From the NCBI RefSeq assembly GCF_046119375.1, contig NW_027362767.1:56854001-56918000 (forward strand): DNA of 64,000 nucleotides. The letters run 5' to 3'. The DNA comes from Phyllobates terribilis (Eukaryota). Each line of letters begins with the position of its first letter. Positions within the stretch are counted from its first letter, which is position 1. The notes under the pieces were generated by a model. It made no database searches. It saw only the letters and a program-made list of their open reading frames with translations, and had not been told where the DNA came from. The translations under genes were made by a program, and so were the position numbers. Below, piece after piece: positions 26,975 to 39,968 of the stretch.

Positions 26975-28158
26975 TTAAAACTTTTTATAAAAGTTGTCAA
27001 TCAACAACAAACCGATACTGTCCCATTATTGAAACTGGGAGTGGGCGGTGACATTAATTGTAATGCGGGTGAGTGACAGCATTACTTGTAGTGCGAGTGG
27101 CCGGATTAATTGTACTGCGGATAACAGCATTATATGGACACAAATTGTGGAATTGATTGCTCCCTGACTCTAGATGTTGGGTGAAGGAAGGACAAGGCAT
27201 GCTGGATTTCAACATGTCCGATCCTGTGATTTAAAAGGGAGAGTTGTCCTCATTCTGATCAAACACATGCATGGTGGGGGAATTGTAAGGAAAAGCTGTC
27301 GACTGCCAGCCATCTAAGCTGTATGGCCGGCTAATGACTAATGGTCAATGAACACAATGCTTCTTTTCGCGCAGAAAAAAAAAAAAAAAAATGCAGAGAA
27401 GTATAATACCATTGAAGTAACTGAGATTTTTGCAATCTCATGAAGGTGTTGAGGTTTTTTTTTTCTTTCCCATGAGTATATTGACGTATAATCCGCACGT
27501 TTCAGTATTTTTTTTCTGTGTTTTTCTTTTCCTCCACTAACTTCAATGGGGAACTCATTTTTCACATTAAATAAGACACATGTACAAGTACTGTAGAGTT
27601 TATGCACCTCACAGGGAATGTCATGTCACATGAGCAGAAAAAGCAAAAATGTAAAAAATTGTGACAAAAGAAAAATAAAACATCAAAATCTGATGATTGG
27701 GTAAAGATTTTTTTTTCTTGCAGAAAAAAAAAAATGCATGAAAATCTGCAAATAAAGTATCAAAAACATGTCATGCGCACGGACCCCAAGAAGAGGTGGA
27801 GAAAAACTGATGTTGACTAAGGCCTCATTCAGACGTCCACTTTTTCACATATGTGTTGCGTGTTGTATCCGTAGCGTGTACACACCACCCGTTATAATCT
27901 GCGGAGCTGTTCATGTGCCCGTGTTACGTCGCAGACCGGGTAGCAAACTCACGGGCACCTTAACAAACCCAACGCCAAGAAAATACGGCTTTTTGTGCCG
28001 TTTGATAGTAAAAAGTCACACTTTTGTTTCAACAAGCTTTAAACCGTTACGATGTGTTCACATGTCCATGTTGTCACACAGATGAGCGTTTAAAAAAAAA
28101 AAAGTGAATCTGTTACAAAGAGCAACAAAAAGGAAAAACAAAGTTTCCATTCTTGAGT

Positions 28159-28339
28159 NNNNNNNNNNNNNNNNNNNNNNNNNNNNNNNNNNNNNNNNNN
28201 NNNNNNNNNNNNNNNNNNNNNNNNNNNNNNNNNNNNNNNNNNNNNNNNNNNNNNNNNNNNNNNNNNNNNNNNNNNNNNNNNNNNNNNNNNNNNNNNNNNN
28301 NNNNNNNNNNNNNNNNNNNNNNNNNNNNNNNNNNNNNNN
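28159..28339. other. Assembly gap (181 N)
   Basis: N run. Confidence 1.
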
Positions 28340-29948
28340 ACACATCTTCTCATTTAAAGATTTTTCTGTATTTTCATGACTATGAAAATTGTACATTCAC
28401 ACTGAAGGCATCAAAACTATGAATTAACACATGTGGAATTATATACTTAACAAAAAAGTGTGAAACAACTGAAAATATGTCTTATATTCTAGGTTCTTCA
28501 AAGTAGCCACCTTTTGCTTTGATGACTGCTTTGCACACTCTTGGCATTCTCTTGATGAGCTTCAAGAGGTAGTCACCGGAAATGGTTTTCACTTCACAGG
28601 TGTGCCCTGTCAGGTTTAATAAGCGGGGTTTCTTGCCTTATAATTGGGGTTGGGACCATCAGTTGTGTTGTGCAGAAGTCAGGTGGATACACAGCTGATA
28701 GTCCTACTGAATAGACTGTTAGAATTTGTATTATGGCAAGAAAAAAGCAGCTAAGTAAAGAAAAACGAGTGGCCATCATTACTTTAAGAAATGAAGGTCA
28801 GTCAGTGCGAAAAATTGGGCAAACTTTGAAAGTGTCCCCAAATGCAGTTGCAAAAACCATCAAGCGCTACAAAGAAACTGGCTCACATGAGGACCGCCCC
28901 AGGAAAGGAAGACCAAGAGTCACCTCTGCTTCTGAGGATAAGTTTATCTGAGTCACCAGCCTCAGAAATCGCAGGTTAACAGCAGCTCAGATTAGAGACC
29001 AGGTCAATGCCACACAGAGTTCTAGCAGCAGACACATCTCTACAACAACTGTTAAGAGGAGACTTTGTGCAGCAGGCCTTCATGGTAAAATAGCTGCTAG
29101 GAAACCACTGCTAAGGACAGGCAACAAGCAGAAGAGACTTGTTTGGGCTAAAGAAGACAAGGAATGGACATTAGACCAGTGGAAATGAGTGCTTTGGTCT
29201 GATGAGTCCAAATTTGAGATCTTTGGTTCCAACCACCGTGTCTTTGTGCGACGCAGAAAAGGTGAACGGATGGACTCTACATGCCTGGTTCCCACCGTGA
29301 AGCATGGAGGAGGAGGTGTGATGGTGTGGGGGGGCTTTGCTGGTGACACTGTTGGGGATTTATTCTAAATTTAAGGCATACTGAACCAGCATGGCTACCA
29401 TAGCATCTTGCAGGGGCATACTATTCCATCCGGTTTGCGTTTAGTTGGACCATCATTTATTTTTCAACAGGACAATGACCCCAAACACACCTCCAGGCTG
29501 TGTAAGGGCTATTTGACCAAGGAGGAGAGTGATGGGGTGCTACGCCAGATGATCTGGCCTCCACAGTCACCAGACCTGAACCCAATCGAGATGGTTTGGG
29601 GTGAGCTGGACCGCAGAGTGAAGGCAAAAGGGCCAGCAAGTGCTAAGCATCTCTGGGAACTCCTTCAAGATTGTTGGAAAACCATTTCCGGTGACTACCT
29701 CTTGAAGCTCATCAAGAGAATGCCAAAAGTGTGCAAAGCAGTCAGCAAAGCAAAAGGTGGCTACTTTGAAGAACCTAGAATATAAGACATATTTTCAGTT
29801 GTTTCACACTTTTTTGTTAAGTATATAATTCCACATGTGCTAATTCATAGTTTTGATGCCTTCAGTGTGAATGTACAATTTTCATAGTCATGAAAATACA
29901 GAAAAATCCTTAAATGAGAAGGTGTGTCCAAACTTTTGGTCTGTACTG
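28340..29948 (+). mobile_element. Tc1-like transposon with long TIRs, DD38E spacing (Intruder-like), left tip lost in the gap
   Basis: About 250-270-bp inverted repeats that overlap the ORF end; right end ...TTTTGGTCTGTACTG|TA. Confidence 0.92.
28733..29785 (+). pseudogene. Tc1-family transposase, one frame with at least four premature stops
   Basis: MARKKQLSKEKR...WSDESKF...QQDNDPKH...SPDLNPIE...GGYFEEPRI*; in-frame stops at 28949, 29186, 29366 and 29372. Confidence 0.9.
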
Positions 29949-30109
29949 TATATATACACACATACACAAATTTATCTGTTTAAAATGTAAACCTTGGTTG
30001 CTTTTTTTCATCTTTTTTGTCCGTTTCTAACAGATTTTACTAGAGGAGTCTCTGAACACTTCCAATGTTCTGGGCAGGTGCAGTGCTAAAAAAACAGATC
30101 ACACACACA

Positions 30110-30135
30110 CATAATAAATATATAAATAAATAAAT

Positions 30136-30191
<56 letters not shown>

Positions 30192-30400
30192 TATAATTTT
30201 TTTTTTATTTATTATGTATATGTACTTTATTATACTTGAATATTGTAATGTATATATAAAATAAAATATATTATATTTAATATATATATATATATACACA
30301 CATACATACACATATATATAATTAAAATGTGTATATTTTATTTTATAATATATAGATATATATTAAAATGTGTAAGAATATATAAGAATACATTTAAGAG
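30110..30400. repeat. (TA)n microsatellite and AT-rich low-complexity tract
   Basis: Direct reading. Confidence 0.9.
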
Positions 30401-31422
30401 AAAAAAAAAAAAAACTTTCCAAGCAGAAATTTTCCCGCATCACAATAAGGAGTTTAATCCCTTTCGAGAACACCGCTTAAATGCCGCCTGGCCATTTACT
30501 TGTCTTATTCCTAATATATTCTCAATAGGAAAAATAAGAATAAATAAGCCCTAATTCTTTTAATAGCCGAGTGGCCGATCCATGTGGTTTGTTCTTGTGA
30601 GAATAAGGCTGATGTGATTAGCACGTCCTCCAGCCGAACATCCACTTCTCCCATCTTTCATATTTCAGACAATTATTGAGATTCAATAAGATGAGGGTCT
30701 GAGTAACCTGACATGAATGACTTCAAGGTTTTATGCCAATGAACAAAAACACCCATAGATACAAAAAGGCATAAGAAGCAGGGAAGGAACATCTTGGCCC
30801 GAGGAGCTCCCTGCCGAGACTGACAAATACTAGTAATGAGAGGGGCATCAGCGAAATAATGACTCCGGAGGACGTCCATTTATAACATTTAATAACTCCT
30901 TATCTATAGAAAAAGAAACAAAGATGTAGATGCAGATACATATTGAATGCAGTTATCCCCCGCAGAATTAATCATAAAATACGAAGTTTATTAAAGGAAA
31001 ACTAACTACACCGGAAAAAGAAAAAAGAAATTTAATAGAAAAGCCGCTTAGATCGACAAAAAGGAACACAAAAAAATTATTCAGTTCCGTTCTTCCAAAT
31101 ATTTGCTATTAAAATTCAACGTTATTTTTTTTCCCACTTTATTTCTTTTCATTTCCATTAATGCCACACGTGGTCTTATAAATAATCCGGAGAGGAGCAA
31201 GTAAATTGGGCTGGCTAATTCAACTTAAAAGGGAGCGTTTCAGGGGCTTAAAAATCAGGTTCTTATGTTAAATGTATTTTCCATTTAAAAAAACAAAAAA
31301 CACTCTCAGGCTGGCTACTAGGCCGTATACTAGAAACACAATTCCTGTTAGTTCAGGAAAGCCAGAAGGATATTAGCAGCAACAATACTACTTAGTTGTA
31401 TGGAAGTTCTGATTAGGGCAAA

Positions 31423-31930
31423 TGTCATTGTACAGGAGGAGGAGGGGAGCTGTGACATCACCTATTGTGAATGGTGGATCCTGTGTTATCTACTGTATAT
31501 AGAGGTGTTATCAGTCATTGTACAGGAGGAGGGGAGCTGTGACATCACCTATAGTGAATGGTGGATCCTGTGTTATCTACTGTATATAGAGGTGTTATCA
31601 GTCATTGTACAGGAGGAGGAGGTGAGCTGTGATATCTATTGTGAATGGTGGATCCTGTGTTATCTACTGTATATAGAGGTGTTATCAGTCATTGTACAGG
31701 AGGAGGAGGTGAGCTGTGACATCACCTATTGTGAGTGGTGGATCCTGTGGTATCTACTGTACATAGAGCTGTTATCAGTCGTTGTACAGGAGGAGGAGGA
31801 GGTGAGCTGTGATATCACCCATTGTGAATGGTGGATCCTGTGTTACATACTGTATATTGAGGTGTTACCAATCATTGTACAGAAGGAGGAGGTGAGCTGT
31901 GATATCACGTTTTGTGAACAGTGGATCTGT
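31423..31930. repeat. ~90-bp tandem repeat (GTCATTGTACAGGAGGAGG...GGATCCTGTGTTATCTACTGTATATAGAGGTGTTATCA), 5-6 copies
   Basis: Direct reading; source of the 212-aa pseudo-ORF. Confidence 0.9.
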
Positions 31931-33370
31931 TGTTACTGGGGCCATTTTAGAATCAAAATGTCCTATTTCAGGAAACACAACATGTACATTAGCCACAATG
32001 AACAATCCCCGACCCTTTCTTTTGTATTAAGCATCTAATGAGCGTCTGCAAAGGTCATTGTGAAGTGGGGGATGGGGGAGGAGCTGTAACATCTTGTGTT
32101 ATCACCTGTGATCTGTCAGTATAATCCTGCCTCTGATGATAATGAGTCTGCTGAAAACCCTTCATGAAAAGGACAAGAAGCGTTTAAAAAAGCCCGAGTG
32201 CAAAAATTGGAAGATTATCAATTTTGTCTTTTAGTAAAGAAAAAAAAAAAAAAATCAGATCATTTTCTGATGATACATTCCATTGAAAAGGTATTTGAAC
32301 ATTGACAATCTTGTGAGAAGATGTGTGTAGGCGGCTTGTTATATAATGGGCATAACCCCATCAGGGAGAGCAGGAACACCAGACGATCAGCTGACTGTCT
32401 TGTGCTCAAATTCCATATTCCAGTCATTGAGCCAAGGCAAAATCTACAAGTATTTGAGTTCAGTCTGGGATGTTCCCATGTGATTTCCTTCACAATCCAG
32501 AGATCATGTTGGACCTGGTCCCATATTTTGACCAGAGACTGACCCCAGCCCCTCTCACCCTATCCCTTCTTTAGTAAAGGTGCCCAGATGACCCGCAGCG
32601 AAACTCAATTTTGCCATCTGTCGACAATCTAATGTAGCGCTTCTCAAACTAGGAGGTGGATCTCATCATTAAGGCTCCTCCTAGTTGTTGGTTAGGCCCA
32701 AAAAAATAGGGGCAGTTTTATCTTTACAGAAACAATCATAAGCTACATGGTCCTGGCTGAAGTGAAAAGGTACATTGGGAAATATTTTACATTTTGGCAT
32801 GGGCTTCGGCCATGGGTGGTGAGGCACAGGTATCATGTTCTGACCAGTAGAACAAAGCCTTGACCTGATATGTATAGTGGGGGCTCAAATTTCCCAAAAT
32901 GGCAGATCTCGGCAAGAAAAAAAAAAAGATCAGGCATGCTGAACTTCAACATGTCCAATCCTTTGCAGCAAATCAGGAGCGGATTATTCCGCCCTCCCTA
33001 TCAAGGACACACATCAGCATCGAAGGGGAATGGTTATGGTTTCCAGTCTCCAATGATATTCCTAGCTATGGGAAATTTTCATGACCCTCCATCGATCACC
33101 TGATTGAAGGGGCCCAGCACTGTTTATCTGGCACAGCGCCACACTTAGTAGTGGCTATGCCTGGTATTACAGCTCAGACCCATTCTCGAAGGGGATACAA
33201 CCCTTTTACTGAACCGATTGCTGGGGTTTCCAGAAGTGGGACACATTGAATACTAATTGCCTAAGGGAAGGCAATCAATTTTGTAGCATACTGGTTTGCA
33301 CTGCTGCCTTTGTAACTTGGCTTCTTTTGGTACCTTAGCTTTTTATCTTCATGACTAGCTAAAAGCGCAT

Positions 33371-34106
33371 GTTGGCACCTCTATCACCCAGGGTATATGC
33401 CCTCCAGCCCTACGCATTTTGGCACCTGTATCACGCAGGGTATATGCCCTCCAGGCCTACGCATTTTGGCACCTGTATCACCCAGGGTATATGCCCTCCA
33501 GCTCTAAGCATTTTGGCACCTGTATCACCCAGGGTATATGCCCTCCAGCTCTAAGCATTTTGGCACCTGTATCACCCAGGGTATATGCCCTCCAGGCCTA
33601 CGCATTTTGGCACCTGTATCACCCAGGGTATATGCCCTCCAGCTCTAAGCATTTTGGCACCTGTATCACCCAGGGTATACGCCCGCCATCCCTACACATT
33701 TTGGCACCTGTATCACCCAGGGTATATGCCCTCCAGCCCTACGCATTTTGGCACCTGTATCACCCAGGGTATATGCCCTCCAGCTCTAAGCATTTTGGCA
33801 CCTGTATCACCCAGGGTATATGCCCTCCAGCCCTACGCATTTTGGCACCTGTATCACCCAGGGTATATGCCCTCCTGCCCTACGCATTTTGGCACCTGTA
33901 TCACCCAGGGTATATGCCCTCCAGCCCTACGCATTTTGGCACCTGTATCACCCAGGGTATATGCCCTCCAGCCCTACGCATTTTGGCACCTGTATCACCC
34001 AGGGTATATGCCCTCCAGCCCTACGCATTTTGGCACCTGTATCACCCAGGGTATATGCCCTCCAGCCTTACGCATTTTGGCACCTGTATCACCCAGGGTA
34101 TATGCC
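33371..34106. repeat. 47-bp minisatellite, about 15.7 copies
   Basis: TTTTGGCACCTGTATCACCCAGGGTATATGCCCTCCAGCCCTACGCA repeated; ends about 120 nt before soul3-like exon 5. Confidence 0.96.
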
Positions 34107-34227
34107 CAGCGGTCACTAGGGCAATGGGTTTGTATGTGACAACCCTAGAAAAGCACCCTGGTGGTTTGCAATTCTTCATTCTTGGGTGGAGAACTCTACG
34201 TTGAAACACTTTATTCTCTTATTTCAG

Positions 34228-34399
34228 AGCGTTCACTGGAGCAACCAACGAAGAGTCCATCATGCATGAAATCTCCCTGCTGGCCGAGCTGTTGGAGTCT
34301 CCGGAGCTGTGCTTGCAAGACACGTTTATCATTGCCGGATACACGAACCCAGCGGCGGCCAACAGGCGGAACGAGATCTGGTTCTTGCAGAGGCCTTGA
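34228..34399 (+). CDS. soul3: soul3-like exon 5 (last coding exon)
   Basis: tttcag|A GCG TTC..., (R)AFTGATNEESIMHEISLLAELL...IAGYTNPAAANRRNEIWFLQRP*; the AGY..P...NRRNEIW motif is the SOUL C-terminal signature. Confidence 0.92.
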
Positions 34400-34854
34400 G
34401 CTTTGCACGGGAGGAGCTGCCCGTGAGCGGATGGAGAGCGGTGGCCCCAGTGGACATGGTCATCACATGATCCAAGAACCATTCTCCCAGGCTAGCCACT
34501 GTGGGCCAGTACTGAGCGGCATCGCTCTCTAGTATCTTTTCCCTGGAGATTTGCCGCCTAAGTGCATATACAGACACTACCTACAGTAGACGATTGCATA
34601 GGATTAATATTTAACCCCGTGAAGGCTGGTTATGGTAAACGCATATAACCCCACCCACCCACCCCTTAAAGGAATTTTCCCTATCTTCTAAAGCGATCAT
34701 CTATATCATTAGGATATGCCTTCATTTTGGACGTCCGATCTCTGGGACACCCATCGATATCAAAAGTTAAAGGGACTTGATCCTAATTTTAGTACGGAGA
34801 CTAGTGGTATGGCAGTATAGGTAGGAGAACAACAGTAAATATGATACCTTTCCT

Positions 34855-35025
34855 ATAGTAATCCGATGTGCCAGCGCTGAGAAATCAAGCTTTGAAGTCA
34901 TATGCAAATTCACTTTGAAGTGCATCAGCAGCCTTCATTGGACACGCCTCCAATGCACTAACAAGTAAATTTGCATATGGCTTTAAAGCTTGATTTCTCA
35001 GGACTGGAAAACTGGATTACTACAA
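34855..35025. mobile_element. Short palindromic MITE remnant
   Basis: TGAGAAATCAAGCTTTGAAGTCATATGCAAATT versus AATTTGCATATGGCTTTAAAGCTTGATTTCTCA. Confidence 0.7.
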
Positions 35026-36885
35026 GACCGGTATAATTTTTTATGATTATTCTACGACCTATACAGCCATACTGCTAGTATCTGTACTAAAATTGTCCCA
35101 AGACATTCCCTTTAAATCGCTGTAGCGATTTAGCGATACATCCGTTTCTCCGCGCACAGCCGGGGCAATGCTTTGCAGGAAAAAAAACTTAATTGAGGAC
35201 CAATGAGGGTCCCATAAAGCGATGGCATATCCTGGTAACATTCCATCAATTCACAATATTTATTAACCCTTTAAAGCTGTACTATTCTCCAATAGTATGG
35301 ACGAAGCCATCACATTCCCACCTTCACTCCAATGTTTAATCACCCAACTTCCCAAAAATGCCTGGCTCCACGCAGACAACTAAACATAGCATCGGCCTTA
35401 AGGATTAGCTCTGACTTCTAGTTCCCACGTGCATAATGGAAGGTTGGAAAAGGATTAAGCTCCTGGAAAAAAAAAGGCATTAGCTGTAAATATTAAAACC
35501 ACAAAGTAAAAGCCGATTTACGTAGCCTCCAAAGGGTTACGGCGAGACGTTGAGATTAGTTATAGTCGGTGGGAAAGTCACCCGGGAGGGAATATATAAG
35601 TGTATATGGTCTTAATTAACGGGAGAAATATATATATAGTAAAAACAATAATAATCAGCCCTCACCTGAGCCTAAAATGGCCGAAACCAGAGGATAATAG
35701 ACTGCATTCAAGATTAGCAAAGGAAGCGAGTGACATGAGGAATAATGGTCCTAAAGATTTGCTGATCGTGGAGAGTACCCACCAAAATCAGGCAATTTTT
35801 ACCAAAACAACCATAATGTGTATTCTTTACATGCCGTCCTGGGAAACCAATAAATGTCCAATAGGATCCAATGGATGAAGCAGGACCCCCGTCTAAGCCT
35901 GTTCCTCCTCCTTGTCCTGTGTCTGGCTGCAGCAGGAGCCTCCCCCCACAGACAACAGATCTCTAAGCCCCGACCTCTTTGCTGACAAACTGATTGGCAG
36001 TTTCCTGTAGGATTTCTATAAGATGGACCATTTTCATTTAGAAAAAGGATATTGATATATATTTTTTTTACTCAAACAATTCTAGGTTGTGTTCCTTTAA
36101 GAAAAGCTTCCAAAGTTTCAAACAATTCCAGAACTATTGACCATCCCACCAATGGCACAACAGGGGGTCCACAAAGGGTTACTCATGTGATACAGAGGTT
36201 TTCCAGACCCCTTATAATGAACGACTGCCCAAATCCATTTCACAGCTCTTCTCTCACAAACCTATATAACTTGTATTAAGTCTATGCTCATTTTGGGCTT
36301 AAAGAGTCCGGTGGGTGGTCCTAAATCAGTGATCCACAATGGTCTGGAGAAGATGTCAATGGACTCAGTAGTTTGTTAATTGTCTCCTAGAAAAATCTGT
36401 TAACTACAAGAGGTTTTCCATCCAAATTTAGGTCTGATTTTAATGCCGGACATAGAAATTGACTTTTTCCGTAGGATGAGTGCGGTAAAATGGTGGTTTA
36501 CCATGACCTAGAGAAAGGCCAAGAGAAAAAGGTGTGATACAAGTGCTGATAAGGCTAAGCACCCCCATAGAGAGATTCAGGGGAGACCCTGCCTTGTGCT
36601 GAAGACCTAAGTAATCTACAGCAAACCGGTTGCTAGAGACAAGACACTGGTACTATGGGCACATTTCCTAGCAACCAATCTTTAATGAACGGATTAGCAC
36701 GGTGTTGAGAGTAGAGAAGGCAAACATCAAGTTTGGCAGTAGTCGCTCCATGTTATTTCCCATCTCAGCCAGCTTTACTAATCAGATTTGTATCTAGTGA
36801 AATCCTGCCAGATCCTGTCACCCCGTCCAGACATACGTTCAGGGGCACTTCTGCCATAAATTAAAGGGCCAAATAACCTACAAAT

Positions 36886-37026
36886 GACTGGTTGCTAGGG
36901 ACATGACACTGAAAATACATGGACTGGTTGCTAGGGACATGACACTGAAAATACATGGACTGGTTGCTAGGGACATGACACTGAAAATACATGGACTGGT
37001 TGCTAGGGACATGACACTGAAAATAC
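36886..37026. repeat. 36-bp tandem repeat, about 4 copies
   Basis: GACTGGTTGCTAGGGACATGACACTGAAAATACATG repeated. Confidence 0.9.
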
Positions 37027-37395
37027 GATGAAAAAAGTTGTCTGTTTTTTTTTTTTTTTTACTTTAAACTGTAATCACACAATCGCGTTTCTCAGTCTAT
37101 ATTTGGACCACAATGACCAGAACAAACAATGGTCTCCTGACCCAAACTATCAGCCTCACAGGCTTACATGAGAGAGGACTTGTGAATGCAGCCTCGCCAA
37201 AAATCAGCAAATGCACCAAAAATTAACATTTTTTATTTTATAATATATTATATACACACACATCCAGCACTTCTTCTCTTCATTTTCTGACCATATTTTG
37301 TTTCACTTTACAATTAAAATAGAGATAGCTAAAACTAAATATTCTGATTCTGTTTTCTCTCCTCCTCAATGTCCCTTTTCTAGTTAGATAAACTG

Positions 37396-39968
37396 CAGCA
37401 GGAGCCTCTCCCCCCTCCTCCTCCGACAGCAGGAGCCACTCCCCCCTCCCTCCTCCGACAGCAGGAGCCTCTCCCCCCTCCCTCCTCCGACAGCAGGAGC
37501 CTCTCCCCCCTCCCTCCTCCGACAGCAGGAGCCTCTCCCCCCTCCCTCCTCCGACAGCAGGAGCCTCTCCCCCCTCCCTCCTCCGACAGCAGGAGCCTCT
37601 CCCCCCTCCCTCCTCCGACAGCAGGAGCCTCTCCCCCCTCCCTCCTCCGACAGCAGGAGCCTCTCCCCCCTCCCTCCTCCGACAGCAGGAGCCTCTCCCC
37701 CCTCCCTCCTCCGACAGCAGGAGCCTCTCCCCCCTCCCTCCTCCGACAGCAGGAGCCTCTCCCCCCTCCCTCCTCCGACAGCAGGAGCCTCTCCCCCCTC
37801 CCTCCTCCGACAGCAGGAGCCTCTCCCCCCTCCCTCCTCCGACAGCAGGAGCCTCTCCCCCCTCCCTCCTCCGACAGCAGGAGCCTCTCCCCCCTCCCTC
37901 CTCCGACAGCAGGAGCCTCTCCCCCCTCCCTCCTCCGACAGCAGGAGCCTCTCCCCCCTCCCTCCTCCGACAGCAGGAGCCTCTCCCCCCTCCCTCCTCC
38001 GACAGCAGGAGCCTCTCCCCCCTCCCTCCTCCGACAGCAGGAGCCTCTCCCCCCTCCCTCCTCCGACAGCAGGAGCCTCTCCCCCCTCCCTCCTCCGACA
38101 GCAGGAGCCTCTCCCCCCTCCCTCCTCCGACAGCAGGAGCCTCTCCCCCCTCCCTCCTCCGACAGCAGGAGCCTCTCCCCCCTCCCTCCTCCGACAGCAG
38201 GAGCCTCTCCCCCCTCCCTCCTCCGACAGCAGGAGCCTCTCCCCCCTCCCTCCTCCGACAGCAGGAGCCTCTCCCCCCTCCCTCCTCCGACAGCAGGAGC
38301 CTCTCCCCCCTCCCTCCTCCGACAGCAGGAGCCTCTCCCCCCTCCCTCCTCCGACAGCAGGAGCCTCTCCCCCCTCCCTCCTCCGACAGCAGGAGCCTCT
38401 CCCCCCTCCCTCCTCCGACAGCAGGAGCCTCTCCCCCCTCCTCCTCCGACAGCAGGAGCCTCTCCCCCCTCCCTCCTCCGACAGCAGGAGCCTCTCCGCC
38501 CTCCCTCCTCCGACAGCAGGAGCCTCTCCGCCCTCCCTCCTCCGACAGCAGGAGCCTCTCCCCCCTCCCTCCTCCGACAGCAGGAGCCTCTCCCCCCTCC
38601 CTCCTCCGACAGCAGGAGCCTCTCCCCCCTCCCTCCTCCGACAGCAGGAGCCTCTCCCCCCTCCCTCCTCCGACAGCAGGAGCCTCTCCCCCCTCCCTCC
38701 TCCGACAGCAGGAGCCTCTCCCCCCTCCCTCCTCCGACAGCAGGAGCCTCTCCCCCCTCCCTCCTCCGACAGCAGGAGCCTCTCCCCCCTCCCTCCTCCG
38801 ACAGCAGGAGCCTCTCCCCCCTCCCTCCTCCGACAGCAGGAGCCTCTCCCCCCTCCCTCCTCCGACAGCAGGAGCCTCTCCCCCCTCCCTCCTCCGACAG
38901 CAGGAGCCTCTCCCCCCTCCCTCCTCCGACAGCAGGAGCCTCTCCCCCCTCCCTCCTCCGACAGCAGGAGCCTCTCCCCCCTCCCTCCTCCGACAGCAGG
39001 AGCCTCTCCCCCCCCTCCCTCCTCCGACAGCAGGAGCCTCTCCCCCCTCCTCCTCCGACAGCAGGAGCCTCTCCCCCCTCCCTCCTCCGACAGCAGGAGC
39101 CTCTCCCCCCTCCCTCCTCCGACAGCAGGAGCCTCTCCCCCCTCCCTCCTCCGACAGCAGGAGCCTCTCCCCCCTCCTCCTCCGACAGCAGGAGCCTCTC
39201 CCCCCCCTCCCTCCTCCGACAGCAGGAGCCTCTCCCCCCCTCCCTCCTCCGACAGCAGGAGCCTCTCCCCCCCCTCCCTCCTCCGACAGCAGGAGCCTCT
39301 CCCCCCTCCTCCTCCGACAGCAGGAGCCTCTCCCCCCTCCTCCTCCGACAGCAGGAGCCTCTCCTCCCTCCCTCCTCCGACAGCAGGAGCCTCCGCCCCT
39401 CAACGTCCCGCCTGCAGCAGGAGCCCCCCCCTCCTCCGTCCCGCCTGCAGCAGGATCCTCCCACCCCCAACGTCCCGCCTGCAGCAGGATTCCCCCCCTC
39501 CTCCGTCCCGCCTGCAGCAGGATCCTCCCCCCCTCCTCCGTCCCGCCTGCAGCAGGATCCTCCCACCCCCAACGTCCCGCCTGCAGCAGGATCCCCCCCC
39601 CCCCAACGTCCCGCCTGCAGCAGGATCCCCCCCCCCCCCAACGTCCCGCCTGCAGCAGGATCCTCCCCCCCTCCTCCGTCCCGCCTGCAGCAGGATCCTC
39701 CCCCCCTCCTCCGTCCCGCCTGCAGCAGGATCCTCCCCCCTCCTCCGTCCCGCCTGCAGCAGGATCCCCCCCCCCCCCTCCGTCCCGCCTGCAGCAGGAT
39801 CCTCCCCCCCTCCTCCGTCCCGCCTGCAGCAGGATCCCCCCCCCCCCCCTCCTCCGTCCCGCCTGCAGCAGGATCCCCCCCCCTCCTCCGTCCCGCCTGC
39901 AGCAGGATCCTCCCACCCCCAACGTCCCGCCTGCAGCAGGATCCTCCCACCCCCAACGTCCCGCCTGC
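37396..39968. repeat. Compound minisatellite: 32-bp (CAGCAGGAGCCTCTCCCCCCTCCCTCCTCCGA)n, about 62 copies, switching near 39390 to a related ~33-35-bp CGTCCCGCCTGCAGCAGGATCC-type unit
   Basis: Direct reading; explains the 896-aa and 858-aa pseudo-ORFs. Confidence 0.97.
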
